Part shown: positions 1 through 9,519 of the stretch, one piece after another
Layout of the letters: each line of letters begins with the position of its first letter
Position numbering within the stretch: the first letter of the stretch is position 1
IMG/VR virus record: IMGVR_UViG_3300044707_000497
Location: 1 to 62,760 of that record
Reading direction: 5' to 3' (one strand)
Source of the DNA: a virus
Taxonomy: Duplodnaviria; Caudoviricetes
Length of the DNA stretch: 62,760 nt
Notes under the pieces: generated by a model
Told to the model about the DNA's origin: nothing
Seen by the model: only the letters and a program-made list of their open reading frames with translations
Databases searched by the model: none
Translations under genes and position numbers: made by a program

Positions 1-1834
1 GTGCGTTGAGGTGCGTTGAGGCGTGGATGAAATGGTTTTCGCCTGGGCTTGTCGGAATTGGGCTGCCGGAAGACATCGTGGCGTTCTCCAGCACCGCGAT
101 CTTGAAATCCAACGGCGGGCGAAGGCTCGTCTGCGGAGGGGGCAAGTAACGATCTACGACTTCCTGCCCGAAGCGGCACGCGATGCGATCACGCAGAAGG
201 TTGACGCGGCCCTGCTCATCGAGGCTCCCAAGGATTTGCATAGTCTCATCGACCGCTGCCATACGCATAGAGGGGCTTCCGTAGCCGATGGCGCGGACAG
301 GATCGACCTGTTTGACCTTGAGAATCGCTTCGATTGGGACGCCGCGCTTAACGCAGCGTTTGCGGAACTCCACAGCCTCTTTCCCGCCTGGCTCTAGGGC
401 GGTGTAATCGCGGCGGGCAAGGCGGCGATACACTTCGGTCAGAAGCCGCTTCCACGGGTGGTAAAAAAGATTGATGCTCGCTGAAGAGAGGGTCGCTTCT
501 TTCTGTAACTGCGAACGGACTTCGTATGCCGTGCGGGCTTGGCCGTCAGCGGTCGTGGCGCGGGTCTGGTAGGAACCCGTGTTGTTCTGCATCTGCATCG
601 CCATGTCGGAGATGACGGGGATAATGTTTTGTTGTAAATTTGGGACTGCTTTTTCAACAATCTTGAGCCCTGGCGGGAAGAGTGCGTAGGGGCCGTAGTA
701 GGTGAGCGTCAGGTCATCAAGCGCCCTAGAGGAACTGTCGCTTGGCTGCACAATCAGTGAAGAGGAAAGGAGCGCCCCGTCCACCATGCCGCACCGCAAG
801 CGGTTCAAAACTTGGATGTGCGGATAGATTTTAAAGCCCAGCCCACGGATGCCGTGGTAAGTGCCGTTCCCGACTCCGTAGCAGAAGGTCACGAAGCAAT
901 TCGTAGGTGAGTCGAAGCGGTTCTCCCGCTTGAAAAGAAAGCCTTCTCCTTTATCGAGCGGAGCATCAAGAGGCTCTTGAAGGAAAATCAAATGCGACAC
1001 TTTGCCAGAAAACTCGCGCACCCACATGTGGACAACCTTCACAACCTTGCTCTTGGCTTGCCCGTAAAGGAGGTCGTTGTTTTTCAGCTCGACTTCCAGC
1101 TTCTCCCAGTCGGCGAGGGTCACGGTGGTTTGGTTGGCGTAGCACGCCCGCTGGATGGCGGCGCGGGTTGTCTTCACATCCCACCCCAGTTCCGCTGCGA
1201 CTTCGGGATCGCGGATAAAGGAGTAAAGTTCGTCAGCGCGGTATTCACGGTCAGCGGTTGCTACCTCGATCTCCGATTCATTGGCGCGGGTTGCCCTAGG
1301 GATTCGGAACTCCGAAAGTCCTGCCACGCGGTAGCGCCAGTCCACCTCGTCCTCGAAAAAGGTGATGCCTACTCCGTGCGAAACGAAATAGTCTGAAAGC
1401 CTCTGGTGGTTGAACTCAAACTCACGCCACTCGCGCAGCGTGTGGTGAAACTCCTCGCTGATAATCTCACTCCACTCCGAAGCCTGCTCCGGCGTGCCGT
1501 GGGCGGTCTGCACACGGGCCAGCTTGTCCACAGAGCTTGTGAGGTCGTAGTAGCCTGCAAGAGCCTGCTCCTTGATTGCCGCCGCATCTCCGAAGTCAAG
1601 GTTGGTTCGGTCTGCCTGCCCCATCTCAATTAGATCGTTCGCATTGAATGGGGGGTTCCCGTTGAACATGCCGTCGATCAAAGCGCGGTTGCGGCTGCTG
1701 CCCTCATCGGATTTCTTGATCGCGAGATAGACGGATCGGGCGGCGTCCACCTTCTCAATGCGGCACTTAGGCGCGGCCCCCGTTACAGGGTCTAAGCCTT
1801 TAATGTCGAGTGGGGATTGGCTACTTTCCGGCAT
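1..1834 (-). CDS. Portal (head-tail connector) protein, truncated by the left window edge; absent from the ORF track
   Basis: ATG at 1834 opens a stop-free frame to the edge (~611 codons: MPESSQSPLDIKGLDP...RNRALIDGMFNGNPP...HGIRGLGFKIY...RTAYEV). The RTAxEV motif, size and position in the terL operon fit podovirus portals. Confidence 0.75.
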   Translation of the reverse strand, partial: MPESSQSPLDIKGLDPVTGAAPKCRIEKVDAARSVYLAIKKSDEGSSRNRALIDGMFNGNPPFNANDLIEMGQADRTNLDFGDAAAIKEQALAGYYDLTSSVDKLARVQTAHGTPEQASEWSEIISEEFHHTLREWREFEFNHQRLSDYFVSHGVGITFFEDEVDWRYRVAGLSEFRIPRATRANESEIEVATADREYRADELYSFIRDPEVAAELGWDVKTTRAAIQRACYANQTTVTLADWEKLEVELKNNDLLYGQAKSKVVKVVHMWVREFSGKVSHLIFLQEPLDAPLDKGEGFLFKRENRFDSPTNCFVTFCYGVGNGTYHGIRGLGFKIYPHIQVLNRLRCGMVDGALLSSSLIVQPSDSSSRALDDLTLTYYGPYALFPPGLKIVEKAVPNLQQNIIPVISDMAMQMQNNTGSYQTRATTADGQARTAYEVRSQLQKEATLSSASINLFYHPWKRLLTEVYRRLARRDYTALEPGGKEAVEFRKRCVKRGVPIEAILKVKQVDPVRAIGYGSPSMRMAAVDETMQILGSLDEQGRVNLLRDRIACRFGQEVVDRYLPPPQTSLRPPLDFKIAVLENATMSSGSPIPTSPGENHFIHASTHLNA

Positions 1835-2507
1835 TGTCTTTCTCCTTTTTTGCGGGCTTGTTCATCCATTCAAGTTCCTCAATCACATCCACATTTGCGT
1901 AAACTGCGATCTTCGGGGTCACAGGAACCTTGCCGCCGTGTTGAATAAACTCACTTTGAGTAGCCTCGGGGCGCATCTCGAATCGCATGAGCGAGTGCCA
2001 CGGCTCCCCACCGACGCGGTAGGAAAGCTGACGTATTAAAAGGCTGCGGTGCCACAGGTCAGGCGGGTAAACGCTTGCTCCAAGAAGGCGGGGCGGCTCC
2101 TCTTCCCACTTGCGAGTGCCAGGGTTCCACCCAGGGACAGTCTGGGTCGCGCCCAAGTAAGGCATCTGCTTGGTGCCGTATTCCTGCGCGATTTCCGAAA
2201 GCCAAGAAGACTTTACTGGCACGCTGTCGGCAAACCAATAAAAAGGCTCGTCGTTACCAACGGAATCCAGCCACCGCACGGTATCGGCAAAAAGTTTGTT
2301 CGCGCTGGTGTATTCGTCATCCCCTGTAAAAATATCAGCGTGCGCGAAAGCTCCTTTTAAGATATTTAGAGCCCCCTCCATTTCATAGACTTGGGTGTGC
2401 GGGCCAGCGAGCAAAACATCGTGTCGAGCGCCCCCTTTCAAGGCCAGAATGTGTTTGTAGAGAGGGAGGTGCTTTGGGTTGTAAGGTATAACGAGAAGCA
2501 TCGGCAT
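1821..2507 (-). CDS. Hypothetical protein, possibly glycosyltransferase-like
   Basis: 228 aa, overlaps the portal start. FYWFADSVP...WLSEIAQEY...YLGA...GASVYP loosely recalls GT-A-like phage proteins; function uncertain. Confidence 0.6.
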   Translation of the reverse strand: MPMLLVIPYNPKHLPLYKHILALKGGARHDVLLAGPHTQVYEMEGALNILKGAFAHADIFTGDDEYTSANKLFADTVRWLDSVGNDEPFYWFADSVPVKSSWLSEIAQEYGTKQMPYLGATQTVPGWNPGTRKWEEEPPRLLGASVYPPDLWHRSLLIRQLSYRVGGEPWHSLMRFEMRPEATQSEFIQHGGKVPVTPKIAVYANVDVIEELEWMNKPAKKEKDNAGK

Positions 2508-2509
2508 GG

Positions 2510-2827
2510 TTAGGTTACGCGGTTATTAAGTTTTCGCAATGGTTTTTTCTTAGCTTTTTTTCTGGCGCTCTCCGCGTGCATCTTTCGATGGCAGTTGGAG
2601 CAAAGGACAACGCATTTTTCAATCTCGTCGAGCATAGCCAAAATCCCTGAAGAGCGAACCATAGAAGACAACGGAAGTAACTTTGTGTTAGGGTTTATAT
2701 GATGAAAGTCAAGCGCATCTGGCGAACTATTTTCGCCGCACAAGCGGCAGCCGGACCTTTGCTTGTAGCGGCGAAGGAACTCCAACACCTTCGACCTCGA
2801 TTTTTTCTTACGGTCGCTAGATAGCAC
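2510..2827 (-). CDS. HNH endonuclease
   Basis: CRLCG...LDFHH...EIEKCVVLCSNCHRKMH zinc/HNH signature. Confidence 0.9.
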   Translation of the reverse strand: MLSSDRKKKSRSKVLEFLRRYKQRSGCRLCGENSSPDALDFHHINPNTKLLPLSSMVRSSGILAMLDEIEKCVVLCSNCHRKMHAESARKKAKKKPLRKLNNRVT

Positions 2828-2832
2828 GGTTA

Positions 2833-3417
2833 TTATGTTCTAGGGCGACAAGCCTCGAAGTGCATGGCATCATAGCCCCAGAACGCTCCGGCACTCTGCC
2901 AGCCCTCTTTGGCAAACTCTTCCATAACGGCAAACGGCATGTCTGCGACGAGGGGCCAAGGGTCTTTGAAAGTGTTGTCGTCAGCGTCCAAGTCAATCGC
3001 AGCGCCCCATGCGTGAACGGACAAACTTGTTCCGCCGCGCTTGTTTCTGAAATTGTAAACCCCGCCGTAGTCCTCGGCGGCTTCCATGACTTCGCGGGTG
3101 CCTGCGTGCCGTTGCCCTATAGCGGTTAGGATACGGAGCAACGAAGCGGCGACTTTTTTATGGCAGCGCGTCTTTGTAACTCTCTGCCCTCCATAGAACA
3201 TAGGGAACGGGAACTCGATTGAAACCAAATTGCTTTCGTCTCCTGGTTCACCGTAAAAATCACGCAACCCTTCACGAGTTCCGAACGGCCAAGGGTTCGG
3301 CGTCGGCATGAGGCTCTTGAGGTGGTCTTTGCAACGCTGGATTGATTTTGGCCCCCAGAACCCATCAGGGTTTACCCCGATAATGCGTTGGATTTTTTGA
3401 ATTTGTTCGGGTGTCAT
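2833..3417 (-). CDS. Endolysin: peptidoglycan-binding N-terminus plus M15 (L-Ala-D-Glu) peptidase
   Basis: IQRIIGVNPDGFWGPKS binding motif; SVHAWGAAIDLD and DAMHFE zinc ligands. Confidence 0.9.
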   Translation of the reverse strand: MTPEQIQKIQRIIGVNPDGFWGPKSIQRCKDHLKSLMPTPNPWPFGTREGLRDFYGEPGDESNLVSIEFPFPMFYGGQRVTKTRCHKKVAASLLRILTAIGQRHAGTREVMEAAEDYGGVYNFRNKRGGTSLSVHAWGAAIDLDADDNTFKDPWPLVADMPFAVMEEFAKEGWQSAGAFWGYDAMHFEACRPRT

Positions 3418-3494
3418 CGTGTAATAAATGCGAGCCCTAGGAGGATGAACGAAACGAGGATCATCAATATAGCTATTATATTTGGGTTTATCAT
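3414..3494 (-). CDS. 26-aa single-TM peptide in the lysis cassette
   Basis: MINPNIIAILMILVSFILLGLAFITR; ATGA overlaps with both the holin stop and the endolysin start. Confidence 0.7.
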   Translation of the reverse strand: MINPNIIAILMILVSFILLGLAFITR

Positions 3495-3898
3495 TTTGCG
3501 GCGACCGATTTAATTTTTTCGAGTGTTCTGAGAGTTCCCAAACCTAACATCCCTAACAATGTGGTCATCAACATTTCTGTTGGAAGCTCCACCACAGGAG
3601 CGGGTTGTTTTGTTGTCAGCACATAAATCCACGAAAACAAAGGTTGCCCAAAGCAAATCCACGCGAAGCTGAACCCGCACACCCATCCCACGAAAGGACG
3701 CCACCCCGAAATAAATAACGATGAATGAGAGGCTTCTACTGTATTTGTTGCGGATTGTTGAGTGGCTTCCTGTGCCGCGATTTCGAGAACGCGAAGTTGC
3801 CATGCCTCTTTCGCTCGGTTTTTTGCGTCGGTGTCGGGAATGAATTTGTCGATGAGATCGACGCCCGATTTTATCATTGCTGGTATGTCCCAAGTCAT
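3491..3898 (-). CDS. Holin, 3-TM (GTA-holin-like)
   Basis: SLFISGWRPFVGWVCG and LLGMLGLGTLRTLEK motifs; next to the endolysin. Confidence 0.88.
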   Translation of the reverse strand: MTWDIPAMIKSGVDLIDKFIPDTDAKNRAKEAWQLRVLEIAAQEATQQSATNTVEASHSSLFISGWRPFVGWVCGFSFAWICFGQPLFSWIYVLTTKQPAPVVELPTEMLMTTLLGMLGLGTLRTLEKIKSVAAK

Positions 3899-4098
3899 TT
3901 TCGTTCAATAGTTCGGATGCGAGTTTCTTCAGCGCGGCACTCTTCCTCCGTGTCGCAGATGACCATGGTGTGCGGGGAGGAGGTGCGCCCACTGCATTGC
4001 TGTGGCGGTATTACGAGGGTGAGCGTGGATGTGTCATAAACGAACCACCACTCGTCTGCTGTGGTTTCTACTTCGCTGGGTTGTGTGATGCTTCGCAT
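3895..4098 (-). CDS. Small hypothetical protein (67 aa), possible fibre accessory
   Basis: ATG at 4098, just after the 670-aa gene stop; coupled to the holin. The longer start in the ORF track overlaps the upstream gene. Confidence 0.65.
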   Translation of the reverse strand: MRSITQPSEVETTADEWWFVYDTSTLTLVIPPQQCSGRTSSPHTMVICDTEEECRAEETRIRTIERK

Positions 4099-4102
4099 AA
4101 AA

Positions 4103-6115
4103 TTAGTTGGTAGTGACAGTCCAGCCACGGCTTTCAAGGGTGGCTTTGTCGGTGATCCCTTGACCTGTCGGGGCTGCATTCCCCGTCCCGCCGAGGTTGA
4201 GCGTGCAGGTGTTTGTAGCTGTCTTGACGCGCCCTGCGGCGACAAATGCGGCGAGGATGGCGTCCACTGCGGCTGCGGGGAGTTGATTGCTGTCTGCCCA
4301 AAAATCGCCGAGTGTCGCGGATACCGTGCCGCCTGCGAATCCTGTGAGTTTGGTCGTGCCACGCTGTCCAGAAACGCGGAATACGGCGAGGGCGGTGTTG
4401 GAAGAAAGATTCGGAATGTTTCCAGTGTGTAAACACCCAGTACACCAGAAATTCGTCAGCGTCGGTCGCACGCTTAAATCCTGTATAGGGCCAGTAACAT
4501 CGTTGTTGGAATACGCAAGGCTAGTGCAAGCAGGGTGATCCGTGAGGAGTGGAGGAGTCCCCGTGAAGCGCGTAATCCTTTGGCCTAAATTTATGGTAAT
4601 AAGTTTCGAGTTTGCGCCAGTGGGAAGAATAGGGAACGCGCCGGACAGTAGGTTGGCGTGGATAGATAAACTCGTAAGATTCGTCAGCGCGGAGAGATTC
4701 AGATTGCTGCCCGTCAATGAGGAGTTGTTGATATTGACTGTTACCAGAGTTGTAATAGCCGAGAGGTCTGGGAATGCTCCTGTCCAATTTATGTATTGGT
4801 TGGCTATGGTGGCCGCAAAATTCAAAGTGCGCAGCCCCGGCTTGTTGGAAAGAGTCTCAAAGCCAACTTGATTGAGTTCGTTGTTACTTAAATTTATCTC
4901 AATCAGATTTGTAAGCGATCCGTAACCCTGAAATTTTGTGATTCCATTACCCGCACAAGTGATGCTGGTGAGATTCGGGAATGACGAAACATCTATCGTG
5001 CCGCCCAGCTTGGGTGAGCTTGTGCCGCAAGTGATGCTGGTGACGCTGGATGGCGAGAAAAGCGATAGAGTCGGCGTGCTGGAGGAGGGGCTGTGGTTGC
5101 TGGAGGCATTACTGGTGAGGGCCGTGGATGTATTGCCGAGGAGGAGGTTTACGGCCCCCGTAAAGACGGCACGGAAGCCAGTGATCGTGCCAGACAAGCC
5201 GGAGGCAAAAGTCCACAACGCTTTCTCCAGAGGGCTTACAGACACAACATTTCCGTAGTTATCGTATTCGATTTGTGTGCTGAAAGAGCTTCCATCGCTG
5301 CGGGTTTGAGAAATCTTGGATGGGCCGAAGAACGGCTTGTTTTCCACCGCTTGAGAATACCCGACCTCAACGCCAAAAGCTCTGCTTGATGCCGTGGGGA
5401 GCTTACCTTCGACTGGAGTGAGCAACCTCTGAGTTAAAAACGTCTGAGTGTCGTCGCTCTCAGTCTTGACCTCGTTCTTAAAGACGGTTAGGAGCGTCTG
5501 CGTCTCATTAAATTCATCTTGGAGGGTCGTTTGCGTATCGTCGCTCTCGTCTTTGACTTCCTTTTTGAAACCAGTCAGGAGTGTCTGCGTCTCGTTAAAC
5601 TCAGTCTGAAGGAGCGTCTGCGTCTCATCACTTTCAGTCTTTATCAACTCATCCAAATACACCCCATCGTCATAAAATACCGCCACCTCATCCGTGTCGT
5701 TATGAGGATCGCAGTCTTTAAAGGGTGCGAAGCGAATCGTCGTGGATTTATTTACATCTATGACGAGTCGAGTTCCGCCGCTTGTATTTACAATCCCCGA
5801 TCTATACCCTGAACCTGACGATACTACAGTTGCAACGCCGCCAGTTATATCTAAAACCCCGCCTTTGTCGATTCCGTCTTGGAAGATGCTATACAACCCA
5901 CTAAAAGACGCGATGGAATCATACTGGGATGCTGAAATAATCGAGCTAGAAATAACAACCTGCGCTGGGTCATCCGCGTAGAAATTATGGTAAACATGCC
6001 CCACCGTCGCGTTGTAGGCCAGCATCACTTGGTCAGAGGTCAATTCGATCCCATGCAACACGATCTCCCTAGCGGCCACATTGAGAGTCAGAGAGCCTTT
6101 AAACTGCTGTTTCAT
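4103..6115 (-). CDS. Tail/receptor-binding protein with C-terminal leucine-rich repeats
   Basis: N-terminus paralogous to 11999..12691. LRR units: FPNLTSITCAGNGIT, LTNLIEINLSNNEL, LTNLTSLSIHANLLSGAFP, TSLAYSNNDVTGPI. Confidence 0.75.
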   Translation of the reverse strand: MKQQFKGSLTLNVAAREIVLHGIELTSDQVMLAYNATVGHVYHNFYADDPAQVVISSSIISASQYDSIASFSGLYSIFQDGIDKGGVLDITGGVATVVSSGSGYRSGIVNTSGGTRLVIDVNKSTTIRFAPFKDCDPHNDTDEVAVFYDDGVYLDELIKTESDETQTLLQTEFNETQTLLTGFKKEVKDESDDTQTTLQDEFNETQTLLTVFKNEVKTESDDTQTFLTQRLLTPVEGKLPTASSRAFGVEVGYSQAVENKPFFGPSKISQTRSDGSSFSTQIEYDNYGNVVSVSPLEKALWTFASGLSGTITGFRAVFTGAVNLLLGNTSTALTSNASSNHSPSSSTPTLSLFSPSSVTSITCGTSSPKLGGTIDVSSFPNLTSITCAGNGITKFQGYGSLTNLIEINLSNNELNQVGFETLSNKPGLRTLNFAATIANQYINWTGAFPDLSAITTLVTVNINNSSLTGSNLNLSALTNLTSLSIHANLLSGAFPILPTGANSKLITINLGQRITRFTGTPPLLTDHPACTSLAYSNNDVTGPIQDLSVRPTLTNFWCTGCLHTGNIPNLSSNTALAVFRVSGQRGTTKLTGFAGGTVSATLGDFWADSNQLPAAAVDAILAAFVAAGRVKTATNTCTLNLGGTGNAAPTGQGITDKATLESRGWTVTTN

Positions 6116-6357
6116 TTGGTGCGCTCCAAATTGCGAATCCGGTGTTCGTGGTCGTTGAGGATATTATCGTGCCTAGCGTCCGTTACGGCGTTCTGCTCCA
6201 TACGGATAAGAACGGCTTCGATTTTCTCGATGCGAGAGTTCGCCGCCGTAAACTCCTCCTTCGTAACAAACTTGGTGCCGAGGAGGGCCACGGCGAGGAG
6301 GGCGACCGTCGTGGCGATTTTGAGGCCGAAGTCAAAATGTTTTCCGAGGTCGCTCAT
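6112..6357 (-). CDS. TM plus coiled-coil protein (spanin/holin-accessory-like)
   Basis: MSDLGKHFDFGLKIATTVALLAVALLG then heptads ending DHEHRIRNLE; ATG at 6357. Confidence 0.65.
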   Translation of the reverse strand: MSDLGKHFDFGLKIATTVALLAVALLGTKFVTKEEFTAANSRIEKIEAVLIRMEQNAVTDARHDNILNDHEHRIRNLERTK

Positions 6358-6524
6358 TGCGGCTCCTCCGGTTTGGGTTGGATTTTCGAGTAGTCTAATT
6401 CGCTTCGCCGCACGGCGTATGTGCCTTCTGGAAGAGGCCAAGTTTCGGTATTCCCGTCCCACCTAATGACCATCTCGATCCAGTTGTGTTCCTGATTGAT
6501 GATTGCCCAGTCGTCGATTTCCAT
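6354..6524 (-). CDS. Small hypothetical protein (56 aa), possible fibre chaperone
   Basis: MEIDDWAIINQEHNWIEMVIRWDG...; fills the gap with an ATGA overlap; not in the ORF track. Confidence 0.65.
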   Translation of the reverse strand: MEIDDWAIINQEHNWIEMVIRWDGNTETWPLPEGTYAVRRSELDYSKIQPKPEEPQ

Positions 6525-6527
6525 TGG

Positions 6528-7685
6528 TTAGAAATAAGTTGTAATTAGCATTGCTCCCGGCGCACCGTTGCCCCCGTTGCTGCGCTCGCCGGAACCGATG
6601 GTTGATCCCCCGCCTCCGCCGCCACAGCCATGTCCAGTTCCGTTTGCCCCATTTCCTCCAGAACCAGTTGCAAACGAGCAAGCCCCACCACCACCGCCAC
6701 CGCATCCGTTAATTAAAAGTGATGATAATGTCCTTGGAGCAGTTGATGTTGCTGAACCTCCATTTGCTGTTGCGCTTGCAACGCCTCCATTGCTTATCAA
6801 ACCGACAGTGTGGTTTGTCCCGCCAGTCCCGCCATTAAATACACCTGTGGAACTCCCAACAACTGCCGCCGCAGTTATACCGCCGCCAGCACCGCCACTT
6901 GATGCCGCAAAATTGTTTCCACCACCAACACCTCCGGTTCCAGTTATGTTTGCCGCACCTCCACCATTTCCTGATGGCGCACCAGCACCACCTGATGTCG
7001 GCTGGACTGTGCCTCCATTTCCAGCAACAGTTCCACCAGCAGATGCTCTAACGAGTGTTCCTTGAGTGACGCCAGAAAAAGCAGTCAATGTTCCGAGAGT
7101 AGCGCTTGTTAAAGTGGCTCCAATTCCTCCATTGCCTCCGCTACCAATCGTTATTGTGTAACTAGAATCGGTAAGTTGCGATGCGTCGATTGTTGCGCGG
7201 GCATACCCGCCAGAACCTCCGCCCGCTCCTCCAAAAACTGCCGTTCCAGCAGACTGCTTTCCCCCAAACCCACCACCACTTCCGCCAGATACGCATTCAA
7301 CTACAACGAGCGTTGCTCCTGCGGGCTTTGTCCAAGTCGTCGATGCGGCATAGAAGTTAATCTGCGGGGACTTCGCCCCCAGAGCGTCTCGCGCCGCTGC
7401 GGCAGTCGTTTCTCCCGTGCCGCCTTTGGAAATCGGGAGCGTGGTGATGGTCGGCTCTGCGCCAATATCCGCAGGCGTGAGCGCATCCGCTCCACCTGTG
7501 GCATGGGTGGATTTGTGCGAGGTGCTTGCCGCGACCTGCACAACTGCGCCGGAGCCAGGATGCTTGCCGTAGATTTTTTTGTCGGCGTAATTAACCGCCA
7601 ACTCGCCGACCGCCATGGCGGAAGCTGCGGGGATAACCCCCACAGCTTCACTTTTTAGAATCGAGATTCTATTTGCCTTTGCCAT
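6528..7685 (-). CDS. Glycine-rich tail fibre protein
   Basis: GELAVNYADKKIY N-terminal adaptor, HKSTHATGGADALTP linker, TWTKPAGA...GGGGG glycine-rich domain. Confidence 0.85.
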   Translation of the reverse strand: MAKANRISILKSEAVGVIPAASAMAVGELAVNYADKKIYGKHPGSGAVVQVAASTSHKSTHATGGADALTPADIGAEPTITTLPISKGGTGETTAAAARDALGAKSPQINFYAASTTWTKPAGATLVVVECVSGGSGGGFGGKQSAGTAVFGGAGGGSGGYARATIDASQLTDSSYTITIGSGGNGGIGATLTSATLGTLTAFSGVTQGTLVRASAGGTVAGNGGTVQPTSGGAGAPSGNGGGAANITGTGGVGGGNNFAASSGGAGGGITAAAVVGSSTGVFNGGTGGTNHTVGLISNGGVASATANGGSATSTAPRTLSSLLINGCGGGGGGACSFATGSGGNGANGTGHGCGGGGGGSTIGSGERSNGGNGAPGAMLITTYF

Positions 7686-7691
7686 TACGGA

Positions 7692-8717
7692 TCAGAATGT
7701 TCCGGCGTCGATGATGCAGTCTTGGATTTCGGTCAAACCATCACCCACAATGTTGCCATTGAAGGTCACGTCGCCGGAGGCCGAAACTGTGCTGAACGCA
7801 CCTGCGGCGGGAGTCGTGCCGCCGATTGCCATGCCATTGATGGTGCCGCCCGTGAGGGTAGCGCCGGAACTGGCGAAGGTGTTCAGGGTAGCGGTCGAGG
7901 AAGCCGTGAGCGTGGTGAACGCGCCAGCCGCCGCAGTCGTTCCGCCGATTGCAGTGCCGTTGACCGTGCCGCCTGTGATGGCGACCGAGTCGGCTGCCTG
8001 AGTGGCAATCGAGCCGAGACCTAGGTTGGTGCGGGAAGTGGCCGCGTTAGCGAGGTCGGAAAGGTTGCTGGCCTTGGCGAGCTTACCGTCCACCGAAGTC
8101 TTAAACTCGGCGGCGATAGCTACCGTATAGCCAGTGTCAGCGGAGCCTGAAACCGAGATTTCACTGGCCGTTCCGGCAACCGAGCTATCGGTGTTGTCGA
8201 TCTTGTCGATGCCCGAGGAAAGGTTGAAAACGAGCCCGTCATTGGCATTGGCGTAGAACGCAGCAGCAGGGGCAAGGACAAAAAAGCCAGCAGCGGCCAC
8301 TTTGTAGTAATCGCCCGCGTCTTTTTGGGTGAGTGAGGCGAGGTTTGTCGCAGCGCCGGAGGTAGCCCCACCGGAGACGGTGCCAACATAGTTGAAGGCG
8401 CTCCCTAGGGCGTCGATGCGAAGGCCGAGCGCGGTGACTTCGGTGTCTAGGTCGGTCTTACGAACGACATCGGTCGTGCCGGAAGGGGCTGTGGAGACGG
8501 TGGCAGTGGTGAAGTTCTTCTTACCTGTCACCGATTGCTCGGAGCCTTTGTCCACGAACTCGCCCTTGCCCGCCACGGGGATTGCGGAAGTGCCGTTGTG
8601 GATGTAAACTTTTTCATCAACGGAATTTATTGCGATTTGTCCCGCTACCATATCGGAAGGGGCACCTGCCGCGCCGCTCAAACGGCGACGGACTACTTTG
8701 AGATTTGCATTAGGCAT
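7692..8717 (-). CDS. Tail fibre protein
   Basis: GQIAINSVDEKVY adaptor, NLSDLANAATSRTNLGLG, ITGGTVNGTAIGGTT repeats, C-terminal IDAGTF. Confidence 0.85.
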   Translation of the reverse strand: MPNANLKVVRRRLSGAAGAPSDMVAGQIAINSVDEKVYIHNGTSAIPVAGKGEFVDKGSEQSVTGKKNFTTATVSTAPSGTTDVVRKTDLDTEVTALGLRIDALGSAFNYVGTVSGGATSGAATNLASLTQKDAGDYYKVAAAGFFVLAPAAAFYANANDGLVFNLSSGIDKIDNTDSSVAGTASEISVSGSADTGYTVAIAAEFKTSVDGKLAKASNLSDLANAATSRTNLGLGSIATQAADSVAITGGTVNGTAIGGTTAAAGAFTTLTASSTATLNTFASSGATLTGGTINGMAIGGTTPAAGAFSTVSASGDVTFNGNIVGDGLTEIQDCIIDAGTF

Positions 8718-8767
8718 ATTGTTTTATTATTTTGTTATACGGTTATTACTACTTATTCTAGGGAAAG

Positions 8768-9106
8768 TCAAAAAGTTCCAGCATCAAAGTCCAAAGTGGA
8801 TGAAGCCACACCACTCTCCACATACACAAACCCCGTGCCAGAAGGGGCAGGGCCAGCCGGACCTTGAAGACCTACTGCCCCAGCCGCCCCAGGAGGACCT
8901 GCGGGGCCAGGTAAACCCACGCCTGCATTGCCTTGCGGCCCCTGCGGACCCACGGGCCCCTGCGGCCCTACCGGACCCACTGCCCCAGGGGGGCCTGCCG
9001 CGCCAGTAGTGGGAACCGCCGCCCAGAAAGACCCGTTCCATTGCCACACACGGTCGCCCACATTAAAGGTCTGACCGATGCTAGGGCTGTTGGGAAAGTC
9101 AATCAT
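8768..9106 (-). CDS. Short collagen-like fibre protein
   Basis: [11 protein letters not shown]...WQWNGSFW head, Gly-X-Y run, C-terminal FDAGTF. Confidence 0.85.
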   Translation of the reverse strand: MIDFPNSPSIGQTFNVGDRVWQWNGSFWAAVPTTGAAGPPGAVGPVGPQGPVGPQGPQGNAGVGLPGPAGPPGAAGAVGLQGPAGPAPSGTGFVYVESGVASSTLDFDAGTF

Positions 9107-9519
9107 TTGGTTATTAAAATTTCAGGCCGTATTTTACTAAGCTCAAAAAGATCATCTGGCAATGGAGTCAAAGTCACGTCACGCAGTTTTTGTTTTCTCT
9201 CCGCGATTTCTTTTTTTAACTCGACATCGCCGCGCTCGTCAGCCCGCAAATACTCTAAATCCAACCTCTTCAAAATAGGCTCCCTCGCGTCACGAAATTT
9301 GCCCAAGGTTATTTCTTTAGCTTTCTCCACATCGACGATAAGTTTCCCATCCTCAAATGAATAGACGGAAATAAAACTTGTTTCGACATCTTCAGAATTT
9401 AGCACTAAATACTCGCACCCAGATGGAACTAAATTTTTAACCCCCTCATCAACAGTTACTTCTTGATGAAGTTCATATCTTTGAATGTTGCCGTTTTGTT
9501 TGACCCAAATATACTTCAT
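9103..9519 (-). CDS. Tail fibre assembly chaperone
   Basis: [12 protein letters not shown]...KQKLRDVT motif; ATG at 9519 overlaps the fibre stop. Confidence 0.75.
   Translation of the reverse strand: MKYIWVKQNGNIQRYELHQEVTVDEGVKNLVPSGCEYLVLNSEDVETSFISVYSFEDGKLIVDVEKAKEITLGKFRDAREPILKRLDLEYLRADERGDVELKKEIAERKQKLRDVTLTPLPDDLFELSKIRPEILITK

Noticed and set aside
1-20. GTGCGTTGAG x2 at the window start
   Set aside because: Only two 10-mers, inside the portal CDS at the edge; chance or an edge artefact.
23-1633. Track ORFs 23..397, 439..660, 966..1184, 977..1396, 1369..1629, 1406..1633
   Set aside because: Shadows of the stop-less portal frame on the - strand (1834 to the edge).
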